In this document: in pieces, positions 29,545 to 39,206 of the stretch
Numbering within the stretch: position 1 is the first letter of the stretch
How the letters are laid out: every line of letters starts with the position of its first letter
Source: an uncultured Flavobacteriaceae bacterium
Lineage (GTDB): Bacteria > Bacteroidota > Bacteroidia > Flavobacteriales > Flavobacteriaceae
Reading direction: 5' to 3'
NCBI GenBank assembly: GCA_964440105.1
Contig: CAYTRI010000003.1
Span: forward strand, 5,545 to 47,295
DNA: 41,751 bases
The notes under the pieces: model-generated
Database searches by the model: none
What the model saw: the letters and a program-made list of their open reading frames with translations, nothing else
What the model was told of the DNA's origin: nothing
Position numbers and translations under genes: made by a program

Positions 29545-31413
29545 TTGAAAATTTCATCCATAATTAACACTATTCAAAATATGGGTATGCGCTATACCCT
29601 ATTTCGGTTATCTTATGAATTTGGAAGGAAAACGGGACTTTTAAAGTCTAAATTCCCTACACAGCCTGAATTCGTCGATTGCGCTATAACCTTAGGTGAA
29701 TGGAAAAAGAATGCTCCAAAATTTTTCTTTGAATCTAAAGAATCATTGAAAATTAAAAAAAATCCGCATTCAGAACTACAGGAAACTTACAACGCTATTC
29801 ATAACAACACTTACACTTTTTTCAGTAGAACAAAATTAGCATTAGGAAAAGACTTTGATTGGATTACGAATCCCGATACAGGATATCAATATGAATTAAA
29901 ACACTGGTCTCAAATAGTAGATCTTTCTAAAGAGGCAGGTGATATTAAATATGTTTGGGAAAAGGCCAGGTTTTCTTTCTTGTATGACCTTATTCGTTAT
30001 GATTATCATTTTAATGAAGACTGTTCCAAATTAGTGTTCAGCGAAATTGAATCCTTTTTGGCTCATAACCCGATAAACTTGGGACCAAATTATAGATGCA
30101 GCCAAGAAATAAGTTTACGAATTCTTAATTGGACGTTTGCACTTTATTATTATAGAAATTCTGCAGCATTAACGGAGGAAAGGTTTAAATCTATTATGAA
30201 TGCCATCTACTGGCAGTTACATCATGTATACAACAACATAAACTTCTCTAGAATTGCTGTACGGAATAACCACGCCCTAACTGAAACACTAATGCTCTTT
30301 TTAGGGGGTATATTGTTTCCGTTTTTACCTGACTCCAAAAAATGGTCTGTAAAAGGTAAAAAGTGGTTCGAAGAAGAAATCGCCTATCAGATTTATGAAG
30401 ATGGAACATTTCTACAATTTTCCATGAATTACCATAGGGTAGCCATACAACTACTTACTTGGGGAATTAAGCTTAGTGAGCTTAATAATTCTCAACTTAA
30501 TGCAACTGTATATGAAAGGGCTAAGAAATCTTTATATTTTTTAAAGCAATGTGAAGACAATCAAAGTGGAAAACTTCCTAATTATGGGGCTAATGATGGT
30601 GCACTTTTTTTCAAGCTAACTAATGATGATTACCGAGTATATACATCACAATTGAATGATTTAAGTGCCATACTTTATAATGAAGTTTCTAAACAAGATG
30701 AGAGTCAACAGTGGTATGGAGTAGATGATTCAAAAGTAATTACTCAAGAATATGACAATCTGGCCTCATTCCCTTTGGGTGGCAATTTTGTTATTAATGA
30801 CGATTTAACCAAGACCTTTGTTAAATGTGCAAAGTACAAAGATAGGCCTGGATCTGCAGATAATTTACATGTTGATATATGGCTAAATGGTGAAAACTAT
30901 ATTTGGGATACAGGATCCTATAAATACAATACTACAGAAGAGTATAGTGCGTTTTTCTCTAGATGCCATGGACATAATACAGTGTCTTTAAATGGTACAG
31001 ATCAGATGTTAAAAGGCGGCAGGTTTATTTGGAATTATTGGAATAAAAAAGCAAAAGCCAAGCTTTCTGAAACCACAGATTCTTATGTCTTTACTGGTCA
31101 ATTTCAAGGATTTCCAGAATTGGGAAATAAGATTGTTCATAAAAGATCAATTAATAAAAGTAAGGGGCAGAATAAATGGGCTATCTCAGATTCAATCCAA
31201 AATATTGAAAATGTAACTGCTCAACTTTATTGGCATTTCAATCCCAGAACGTATAGTAAAGTTGATATTATTTGTAGGGATTGCGATGGAAACCTTCTCA
31301 ATCCTATAATTGAAGAAAAATGGTGTTCTAATTATTATGGAGAAAAAGAACCATCAATAAGATACACCTACAGTTCAAAAATAGGTTTTGAAACAATCAT
31401 TCAAATTAAGTAA
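29545..31413 (+). CDS. Heparinase II/III-like protein (WeeF-like)
   Basis: DIKYVWEKARF, QEISLR, NNHALTE, EDG..QFSMNYHR, PNYGANDG, DTGSYKY, HNTV. TTG start at 29545; alternative ATG at 29581. Confidence 0.85.
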   Translation: MKISSIINTIQNMGMRYTLFRLSYEFGRKTGLLKSKFPTQPEFVDCAITLGEWKKNAPKFFFESKESLKIKKNPHSELQETYNAIHNNTYTFFSRTKLALGKDFDWITNPDTGYQYELKHWSQIVDLSKEAGDIKYVWEKARFSFLYDLIRYDYHFNEDCSKLVFSEIESFLAHNPINLGPNYRCSQEISLRILNWTFALYYYRNSAALTEERFKSIMNAIYWQLHHVYNNINFSRIAVRNNHALTETLMLFLGGILFPFLPDSKKWSVKGKKWFEEEIAYQIYEDGTFLQFSMNYHRVAIQLLTWGIKLSELNNSQLNATVYERAKKSLYFLKQCEDNQSGKLPNYGANDGALFFKLTNDDYRVYTSQLNDLSAILYNEVSKQDESQQWYGVDDSKVITQEYDNLASFPLGGNFVINDDLTKTFVKCAKYKDRPGSADNLHVDIWLNGENYIWDTGSYKYNTTEEYSAFFSRCHGHNTVSLNGTDQMLKGGRFIWNYWNKKAKAKLSETTDSYVFTGQFQGFPELGNKIVHKRSINKSKGQNKWAISDSIQNIENVTAQLYWHFNPRTYSKVDIICRDCDGNLLNPIIEEKWCSNYYGEKEPSIRYTYSSKIGFETIIQIK

Positions 31414-31414
31414 A

Positions 31415-32653
31415 ATGAAAATATTATTAATACATCAATATTTTTTAGGAAGAAATCAAGGTGGAGGCGTCCGGTTTAATCAAATGACCAAAGTTTGGGC
31501 TAACGAAGGACATGAAATATCTGTGTTGGCTGGGATGTTAGACAACGCCAAAAAGATTGATCCTAGATACAAAGGAAAATTATTCTTTTTAGAGAAAGAT
31601 TTTGAAAAAAACACTGACGTTTATAGATGTCATGTATCAGAACAATATGATGTAAATTTTTTAGGTAGGTTATGGGCGTATTTTTCTTTTGTTTTTACAA
31701 GTACTTGGGCTGGTTTATTTTTGGTCAAAGGCAAATATGATGCTCTTGTCGTAACCTCCCCTCCCCTTTTTGTAGGAATTACTGCTTACATATTATCGAA
31801 GCTAAAAAGAATACCGCTGGTTTTTGAAGTGCGAGATTTATGGCCAGAATCGGCAATAGACACAGGTGTAATAAGTAATAAAGCTTTAATCAAATTCTCC
31901 TATAAATTTGAGGATTTCATCTATCGAAATTCCAAACTCATTAATGTGCTTACTCCTGCCTTTAGAGATAAGTTAATTGAGAAAGGAATTCCAAAAGAGA
32001 AGATTATTTATATTCCGAACGCTGCGGATTTTAGCTTAGCTGAAAATGTTGCACAAAACTTTGACGCAAAAAAATTTAGAAAAGAGGAAGGAATTGATGA
32101 TAAGTTTGTAATTACTTATATAGGTGCCCATGGTCTCGCAAACCATTTAATTCAACTTATTGATACAGCTGAAAAGCTTACTGACACCAATGTACTCATA
32201 CAACTTATTGGACGAGGACCTACAAAAGACATGTTAATGGAAGAAGTTAAAAAGAGAAACTTAAACAATGTTCGTTTTATAGGATATGTAGATAAAGAAA
32301 AGGCTTTCAAATATATACTTGCATCTGAATTAGGCACCGCGGTATTAAAGAAGGTCGATACTTTTAAAACCATTTATTCAAACAAAACTTTTGACTACAT
32401 GTCTTGCAAAAAGCCCATTCTTTTAGCAATTGATGGTGTTTCTAGAGAACTCATTGAAGATGCACAATGTGGTGTTTTTGCAGAACCTGAAAATGCTGAT
32501 GATATAGCAGAAAAAATCCGAAGTTACCTTAGGGGAGAACATGAAATGACTGAACAAGGTTTAAATGGGTATCATCATGCGAAAAAACATTTTGATAGAG
32601 ATAAATTGGCTCTTAAGTATTTAAATGAAATTAAAAAAGTAGCTGGCAAATAA
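31415..32653 (+). CDS. Glycosyltransferase family 4, WbuB-like
   Basis: HQYF, TSPPLF, FEVRDLWPES, YIGAHG.AN, SNKTFDYM. ATG at 31415 preferred. Confidence 0.92.
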   Translation: MKILLIHQYFLGRNQGGGVRFNQMTKVWANEGHEISVLAGMLDNAKKIDPRYKGKLFFLEKDFEKNTDVYRCHVSEQYDVNFLGRLWAYFSFVFTSTWAGLFLVKGKYDALVVTSPPLFVGITAYILSKLKRIPLVFEVRDLWPESAIDTGVISNKALIKFSYKFEDFIYRNSKLINVLTPAFRDKLIEKGIPKEKIIYIPNAADFSLAENVAQNFDAKKFRKEEGIDDKFVITYIGAHGLANHLIQLIDTAEKLTDTNVLIQLIGRGPTKDMLMEEVKKRNLNNVRFIGYVDKEKAFKYILASELGTAVLKKVDTFKTIYSNKTFDYMSCKKPILLAIDGVSRELIEDAQCGVFAEPENADDIAEKIRSYLRGEHEMTEQGLNGYHHAKKHFDRDKLALKYLNEIKKVAGK

Positions 32654-32715
32654 TTTGAGCTCAGAAGGAACTAAAAAACAAACTCTTAACAAGAGAAAAA
32701 AGAAACCTTTAATCC

Positions 32716-33834
32716 ATGAAAAAAAAGAACCTTATAATTTTTGGAACACGACCAGAAGCCATTAAAATGGCTCCTTTAGTAAAAGAGTTCAAGAAATCTA
32801 GCGATTTTGAAACCAAGGTTTGTGTAACTGCGCAACACCGAGAGATGCTAGACCAAGTACTTGATTTTTTTGAAATTACACCAGATTATGATTTAGATTT
32901 AATGAAACCTGGGCAAAATCTTTACGGTTTAACAGCAGCAATAATAACAGAGCTGCAACCTGTATTAGAATCGTTTAAACCAGATTTTGTTTATGTGCAT
33001 GGAGATACAACAACTACTATGGCTGCGGGCATTGCTGGCTTTTATGCAGGAGCAAAGGTTTGCCATGTTGAAGCTGGGCTTAGAACCTTTGATAAATACG
33101 CACCTTTCCCTGAAGAAATTAATAGGTCTATAACTGGCCGAATTGCAGACTACCACTTTGCCCCTACTACAACTTCTCAAGAAAATTTACTGAGAGAAAA
33201 CATAGCCAAAGAATCTATTTTAATCACCGGAAATACTGTTATTGATGCACTTTTAGAAAGTTCTTCGAAAGTGCAAAACATGGAGGATAACGAAATAGAG
33301 GGGTTAAAGCAGACTTTAGATTTTGACAAAAAAATTGTGTTGGTTACAGGGCATAGAAGAGAAAATCACGGACAAGGCTTTATAAACATTTGTAATGCTT
33401 TAAAAGAAATTGTTGCTAATAACCCAGAAGTACAAATCGTATATCCTGTGCACTTAAACCCAAAAGTACTAAAACCCGTACATGAAATTTTAGGAGACCT
33501 TTCTAATGTGAAACTAATTAAGCCACTAGCCTATCCGGCTTTTGTTTGGTTGATGAATAAGGCAGAACTTATTATTACTGATAGTGGTGGTGTCCAAGAA
33601 GAAGCACCTAGTTTAGGTAAACCAGTACTGGTAATGAGAGATACTACAGAGCGACCAGAAGCAGTAGATGCAGGTACCGTTATTTTAGTAGGAACAGACA
33701 CTCAAAAAATAGTTAGTGAAGCCAATAGCTTACTAACTGATGTTGATAGGTATAAATCCATGAGTAAATTACATAACCCTTATGGAGATGGAAAAGCCTG
33801 TAAAAAAATAGTAGAATACATTAAAAAACTTTAA
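32716..33834 (+). CDS. wecB: UDP-N-acetylglucosamine 2-epimerase (non-hydrolysing)
   Basis: [53 protein letters not shown]. Confidence 0.96.
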   Translation: MKKKNLIIFGTRPEAIKMAPLVKEFKKSSDFETKVCVTAQHREMLDQVLDFFEITPDYDLDLMKPGQNLYGLTAAIITELQPVLESFKPDFVYVHGDTTTTMAAGIAGFYAGAKVCHVEAGLRTFDKYAPFPEEINRSITGRIADYHFAPTTTSQENLLRENIAKESILITGNTVIDALLESSSKVQNMEDNEIEGLKQTLDFDKKIVLVTGHRRENHGQGFINICNALKEIVANNPEVQIVYPVHLNPKVLKPVHEILGDLSNVKLIKPLAYPAFVWLMNKAELIITDSGGVQEEAPSLGKPVLVMRDTTERPEAVDAGTVILVGTDTQKIVSEANSLLTDVDRYKSMSKLHNPYGDGKACKKIVEYIKKL

Positions 33835-33837
33835 AAA

Positions 33838-35055
33838 ATGGAAAATCCAGAAGTAGTAATGATTGGCCTAGGTTATATAGGATTACCTACGGCAGCACTT
33901 ATAGCAAAGGGCAAAACTAGAGTTCATGGTGTAGATATTAACCAAAATGTAGTTGACACCATAAATCGAGGAGAAATCCATATCGTAGAACCTGATTTAG
34001 GCGAAGCCGTTGCTCAGGCTGTTTCAAATGGTTTTTTAAAGGCAAGCACAGAGGCTGTAATAGCAAAAACCTATTTAATTGTAGTACCAACTCCATTTAA
34101 AAATAACCATGAACCAGATATTTCCTATGTAGAGACTGCCACTAAAAATATAATACCCCTATTAAAAAAAGGAGATACTTATATCATCGAATCAACCTCT
34201 CCAGTGGGCACCACTGAGAAAATGATGACCTTGATCTATGAAGAAAGGTCTGAATTAAAAGGAGAAATTTTTATCGCTTACTGTCCAGAACGGGTATTAC
34301 CAGGTAATGTGATGTATGAACTCGTAAATAATGACCGTGTTATTGGAGGAATCGATGCGAAGAGTACTAAAAAAGCTGTTGATTTTTATCGTAAATATGT
34401 TACAGGAGACTTACATGAAACTAATGCTAGGACTGCTGAAATGTGTAAATTGGTGGAAAACTCATCTAGGGATGTGCAAATTGCTTTTGCTAATGAACTT
34501 TCCCTTATTTGTGATAAGGCTGATATTGATGTTTGGGAATTAATTAATCTTGCTAATAAACACCCAAGAGTAAACATCTTACAACCAGGATGTGGCGTTG
34601 GAGGGCATTGTATTGCTGTAGACCCTTACTTTATTGTTGCTGAATACCCTATGGAATCTAGGATAATTGGTAAGGCAAGAGAAGTAAATAATTATAAATC
34701 TTTTTGGTGTGCTGAAAAAATTGTTTCAACCAAGCTAGAATTTGAGCTACGTCATGGGAGAAAACCAAAAATTGCTCTTTTAGGATTAGCATTTAAACCG
34801 AATATTGATGATTTAAGGGAATCACCTGCAAAATATATAGTGCAACGTGTCTTACAAGATTCTAATAATGAGGATTATTTTATTGTTGAACCGAATATTG
34901 ATGACCACAACGTATTCAAACTAACCGATGTTTCAGTTGCTGTTAAAGAAGCTGATATTATTGCAATTTTGGTAGCACACAAAGAATTTAAAGGACTTGA
35001 TGAACTTGACAATAAGGTTATTTTAGATTTTAGTGGAGCGTTAAAAAAAATATGA
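33838..35055 (+). CDS. wecC: UDP-N-acetyl-D-mannosamine dehydrogenase
   Basis: GLGYIGLPTA, ESTSPVGTT, YCPERVLPG, GVGGHCIAVDP, AFKPNIDDLRESP; follows wecB. Confidence 0.94.
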   Translation: MENPEVVMIGLGYIGLPTAALIAKGKTRVHGVDINQNVVDTINRGEIHIVEPDLGEAVAQAVSNGFLKASTEAVIAKTYLIVVPTPFKNNHEPDISYVETATKNIIPLLKKGDTYIIESTSPVGTTEKMMTLIYEERSELKGEIFIAYCPERVLPGNVMYELVNNDRVIGGIDAKSTKKAVDFYRKYVTGDLHETNARTAEMCKLVENSSRDVQIAFANELSLICDKADIDVWELINLANKHPRVNILQPGCGVGGHCIAVDPYFIVAEYPMESRIIGKAREVNNYKSFWCAEKIVSTKLEFELRHGRKPKIALLGLAFKPNIDDLRESPAKYIVQRVLQDSNNEDYFIVEPNIDDHNVFKLTDVSVAVKEADIIAILVAHKEFKGLDELDNKVILDFSGALKKI

Positions 35056-35145
35056 GTTTTACTTAATTTTTTTTTAATAATTCTTTAAGATGTTTTCTTT
35101 TGCTATTGGTAAAGTGAAGGGTAATAATCAAAAGAGTATAATTCT

Positions 35146-35754
35146 ATGTACAAAAAGTATTTTAAAAGAGTTTTAGACTTTTCAATATCACTTCTGGCTT
35201 TAATCTTATTATCACCAGCGATTATTATATTGATTGTCTTATTGTCTATTTCCAATGATGGGAAACCGTTCTTTTTTCAAAAAAGACCGGGGAAGCACAC
35301 AAAAATGTTTACCATCATTAAGTTTAAGACGATGAAAGATCCAAAAAATAGCGAAAGTGAATTGCTTAATCAAGAGCAGCGTATCACAAAAATTGGAGCC
35401 ATTGTTCGTAAAACTTCCTTGGATGAGATTTTACAACTTGTAAATGTTTTAAAGGGAGATATGTCGTTAATTGGCCCTAGGCCATTATTAACCGAATATC
35501 TTCCTTTATATAATGACGAACAAGCAAGAAGGCATTTAGTAAGACCTGGTATCACTGGGTGGGCCCAAGTAAATGGTCGTGCTACATTATCTTACGAAAA
35601 AAGGTTTGTTTATGACGTTTGGTATGTTGACAATTTAAATTTTAAGAACGATTTGAAAATCTTGTGGAAAACAGTTGAAAAAATAGTAAACAAGAAGGCG
35701 GTGTCTTCCATTGAAGATGCAACTATATTCGCCGGTTGGGAAGGGAACAAATAA
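35146..35754 (+). CDS. Second monotopic phosphoglycosyl transferase (PglC-type)
   Basis: KRVLD, KFKTM, SLDEILQLVNVLKGDMSLIGPRP, RPGITGWAQVNGR. Confidence 0.93.
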   Translation: MYKKYFKRVLDFSISLLALILLSPAIIILIVLLSISNDGKPFFFQKRPGKHTKMFTIIKFKTMKDPKNSESELLNQEQRITKIGAIVRKTSLDEILQLVNVLKGDMSLIGPRPLLTEYLPLYNDEQARRHLVRPGITGWAQVNGRATLSYEKRFVYDVWYVDNLNFKNDLKILWKTVEKIVNKKAVSSIEDATIFAGWEGNK

Positions 35755-35857
35755 TAAAATTCGTTTATAATTAAATATACCAAGCATTTAACTATAAAAA
35801 CCTTTAATTTTGAGTTAGTGATTTAGGTTATATCTAGCCAGTAATACTAGCCTATTT

Positions 35858-35914
35858 ATAACACTATGTTTTTGCGAAAGCTAAAAAGTCTTATTGATAA
35901 TTATATAGTGTTAT
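35858..35914. terminator. Inverted-repeat structure between convergent genes (possible bidirectional terminator)
   Basis: ATAACACTAT (35858-35867) / ATAGTGTTAT (35905-35914) perfect 10-bp inverted repeat enclosing a small TTTTTGC-GAAA-GCTAAAAA hairpin. Confidence 0.4.
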
Positions 35915-35932
35915 CATGTTTATTAAAACATT

Positions 35933-36847
35933 CTATTCCTCAAAATACTTCCAAATGGATTCTTTTGGATTCCACCCTAAATAATTTTTAATCTTAGAAT
36001 TATCACCTACCATATTCCAGACTTCATTATTTCGATAAGGTATTGCTCCAAATTGGATATTTGATTTACTATCCATTTTTATCTTAGCTTTTTCAGCCAA
36101 TTCACGAATTGAAATACCATGACCTGAACAGACATTATAAACTTGGTTGGTGTTTTCCGTTACACCTGCTAGTAATAGGGCTTCAATAACATCAGATAAA
36201 TAAAGATAGTCCCTATATTGTTCACCCAAAGTCATCGAAAAATCTTTGTTGTGGATTAGATTTTCTTTGAGTTGTGAAGGAAAGAAATTAGTTGGCATAT
36301 TAGAACCTAAAAAGTTAAACATGCGAAGTACAATATATTTTTTCTCCTTTATTTCTGAAAAAGTTTTTAGCGCAACTTCTCCACAATACTTTGACATTGA
36401 ATAGGGAGAAGCGGGAGTAAAATCATCCGTTTCTTTAAAAGGAGAGGTTATGGATTTACCCCCATAAACCTCGCTGGTACTGGTGTAAATAAAATTATTA
36501 TATGGTATGTCTTCTAAAGCATTTAAAAGATTTACTGTTCCAGTAAAATTTACATCCATCAACTGCTTAACAATAGAAAAATCTCTGGAACGATTCAAAT
36601 TTGCAGCTAGATGATATACTAATGTAGGGTTGATGTTTTTGATTATCTCAGATAGTGAAGAAGAGTCCAAGAGGTTTACTTGATGAAAAGTAATATTTGG
36701 ATCTTTCTTCTCCGTCTTTTCTAAATCAATAGAATGCACATCCTCACAACCGTATTGGATTAACTGGGTTATGAGATTTCTTCCCAAATATCCAACTCCA
36801 CCAGTTACTAATACTCTAGCTCCCTTAAAGTTAATTACAGGGCCCAC
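35933..36847 (-). CDS. Extended SDR epimerase/4-ketoreductase, probably acting on a CDP-sugar
   Basis: VTGGVGYLG, HLAA, STSEVYG, YSMSK, RDYLY; GTG start overlapping the rfbG end. Confidence 0.85.
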   Translation of the reverse strand: MGPVINFKGARVLVTGGVGYLGRNLITQLIQYGCEDVHSIDLEKTEKKDPNITFHQVNLLDSSSLSEIIKNINPTLVYHLAANLNRSRDFSIVKQLMDVNFTGTVNLLNALEDIPYNNFIYTSTSEVYGGKSITSPFKETDDFTPASPYSMSKYCGEVALKTFSEIKEKKYIVLRMFNFLGSNMPTNFFPSQLKENLIHNKDFSMTLGEQYRDYLYLSDVIEALLLAGVTENTNQVYNVCSGHGISIRELAEKAKIKMDSKSNIQFGAIPYRNNEVWNMVGDNSKIKNYLGWNPKESIWKYFEE

Positions 36848-37929
36848 ACCTTCTTTTTTGTAACTGCATCTTCAATGTACTTAAGAATATCATCTTCGGT
36901 ATTAAGTACGTCTTTTTCGTAAAAGTCTTTATACCACAAGATGGTTTTTTTAATTGTTTCAGACCTATCCCATACCGGTGTCCACTTTAGCAATTTATTA
37001 GCCTTGGAACAATCCAGCATTAAGAGATTTGCTTCGTGGTGATTATTTTTATCGGGGCTTACCGTGTATTTAATTTTAGACCAAGACATCTTTGCTTCAT
37101 CAGCAATTTCTTTAACTGAAAGGTTACTCGAAAGATCAGGACCAAAATTCCAACCTTCGGCAAATTCTTTTTTTCCTTCAAATAATTTCCATCCCAAAAG
37201 TAAATAGCCAGAAAGAGGGTCTAATACATGCTGCCATGGTCTTGTTGCTAAAGGGTTTCTAATCTCGGTTTCTTTATTTGCAGTGGTGGTTGCTTTAATA
37301 AGGTCTGGTATCAATCTATCTTGAGACCAATCTCCACCCCCTATAACATTACCTGCCCTTACACTTGCTAACAAAATTTGATTCTTATCTCCTTCAAAAA
37401 AAGATTTCCGATAGGATTGTGTCAACAATTCTGCACATCCTTTAGATGAGCTGTAAGGATCATGACCACCCATTGGATCGTTTTCTCGGTAACCCCATAT
37501 CCATTCCCTGTTTTCGTAGCATTTGTCAGTAGTAACATTAACAATTGCTTTAACAGAATCTGTTTGTCTAGATGCTTCTAATACATTTAATGTTCCAATT
37601 ACATTTGTCTGATAAGTTTCAGTTGGGTTTTCATATGAATACTTGACAAGAGACTGGGCCGCCAGATGAAAAACAATTTCAGGTTGGAATTCCTCAAAGA
37701 CAGACTTTAATTGAGGAAAGTCTAAAATATTACCTTCTATAGACTTGTACTTCGTTTGCAAAAGCGTTTTATGGTTTGTCTGTGTGTTGGGAGCCAAGGC
37801 GTATCCCTTAACTTCTGCTCCCATTTGGGTGAGCCAAGCAGCCAACCAAGAACCCTTAAAGCCGCTATCTCCTGTTACTAAACACTTTCTACCATTATAG
37901 ACTCCACCAAATAAGTTACTTATTTCCAT
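36835..37929 (-). CDS. rfbG: CDP-glucose 4,6-dehydratase
   Basis: TGDSGFKGSWL, HLAAQSLV, TTDKCYEN, DPYSSSK, RAGNVIGGGDW, RPWQHVL. ATG at 37929 preferred. Confidence 0.95.
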   Translation of the reverse strand: MEISNLFGGVYNGRKCLVTGDSGFKGSWLAAWLTQMGAEVKGYALAPNTQTNHKTLLQTKYKSIEGNILDFPQLKSVFEEFQPEIVFHLAAQSLVKYSYENPTETYQTNVIGTLNVLEASRQTDSVKAIVNVTTDKCYENREWIWGYRENDPMGGHDPYSSSKGCAELLTQSYRKSFFEGDKNQILLASVRAGNVIGGGDWSQDRLIPDLIKATTTANKETEIRNPLATRPWQHVLDPLSGYLLLGWKLFEGKKEFAEGWNFGPDLSSNLSVKEIADEAKMSWSKIKYTVSPDKNNHHEANLLMLDCSKANKLLKWTPVWDRSETIKKTILWYKDFYEKDVLNTEDDILKYIEDAVTKKKVWAL

Positions 37930-38696
37930 ATTTTCCAATCAGCTTTGCCATTCTCCCACATTTCATTGAGTACTTTATTATCCCTAAGTGTGTCCATTGG
38001 TTTCCAGAACCCATAGTGTTTATAAGAAAATAGTTCTCCATCTTTTGCCATATTCTCTAATGGACTACGCTCAAACACGGTTGTATCTCCTTCATTTAAA
38101 TATTCAAATACCTTAGGTTCACAGACGAAAAAGCCTCCGTTAATCCATGATCCATCACCTTTAGGTTTTTCTTGGAAAGATGCAATTTGTTCATCACCAA
38201 TAAATTTTAGGGAACCAAACCGACCTTCAGGCTGTACTGCCGTCATAGTTAGTGATTTTCCGTGCTTCTCATGGGTTTTGACTAATTCGTCTATATTAAC
38301 ATTAGATACACCATCACCATAGGTTAACATAAACCTATTGTTACCCACTAGATTCTCAATTCTCTTAATCCTTCCACCAGTCATGGTATGCAACCCTGTA
38401 TCCACTAGGGTTACTTTCCAAGGTTCTGCTTCATTATTGATTATTTCAGTACTATTATTCTGGATATCAATTTTCACATCGCATTGATGTAGGAAATAAT
38501 TCGAAAAATATTCTTTTATAACATATCCTTTATACCCTAATAAAATGATGAAATCATTATACCCATATTTGGAATAAAGCTTCATAATATGCCACAAGAT
38601 TGGTTTATTTCCAATTGGCACCATTGGTTTAGGTATGTTTTGGGTTTCTTCGCTAAGTCTTGTCCCAAAACCCCCAGCTAGCAGAACAACTTTCAT
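37920..38696 (-). CDS. rfbF: Glucose-1-phosphate cytidylyltransferase
   Basis: LAGGFGTRLSEET..PKPM, TMTGGRIKR, TYGDG, WINGGFF, FWKPMDTLRD. Confidence 0.96.
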   Translation of the reverse strand: MKVVLLAGGFGTRLSEETQNIPKPMVPIGNKPILWHIMKLYSKYGYNDFIILLGYKGYVIKEYFSNYFLHQCDVKIDIQNNSTEIINNEAEPWKVTLVDTGLHTMTGGRIKRIENLVGNNRFMLTYGDGVSNVNIDELVKTHEKHGKSLTMTAVQPEGRFGSLKFIGDEQIASFQEKPKGDGSWINGGFFVCEPKVFEYLNEGDTTVFERSPLENMAKDGELFSYKHYGFWKPMDTLRDNKVLNEMWENGKADWKIWK

Positions 38697-38715
38697 AATA
38701 TTTATAAGTTTATTA

Positions 38716-38723
38716 CAAAGATA
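38716..38723 (-). promoter_or_regulatory. Putative -7 promoter element for rfbF-rfbG-reductase
   Basis: TATCTTTG on the minus strand 20 nt upstream of the rfbF ATG. Confidence 0.55.
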
Positions 38724-39206
38724 AACGCATTAATTAAAATAATATGCGGATTGGGAATTGAAAAGACTTCATTTTAACAAAAACTCATTGCTTAAATCAC
38801 TCATAGAGAACTGATAACTAAATATTTGATTTTTTCAAGATTTTTTAAATGATTAAAAAAAAGCTCTTAAATAAGAATTTATTAATCTGTTTAAATAAAC
38901 AAAAGGGCTACATATTATTAGATCATAAAATAGCTCTATATGTATTTAAGGTGTAATTGATGTTATATCTAGTATTAGTAAGAATAGTAATAAGTTCTTA
39001 CAGTAAGTAAGTTTATACTAAAAAAATCTTATTATTTTTATTTACTTTATTACTTGAAAGAAATTGAGTGTAATTTACAAACTTCAAGAAATAAAAATTT
39101 TCAATTATCGTTACTAGTTAATTGTAACCTAAATCCGTTTGATTCACTAAAAATATCTATAAGGAGTTCTTTAAGTGAAACTCAGATTTAAAAAATATAA
39201 TTTTCT

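Noticed and set aside
29360-29557. 65-aa minus-strand ORF in an intergenic gap
   Set aside because: Overlaps the predicted promoter and start of the heparinase-like gene; no recognisable motif.
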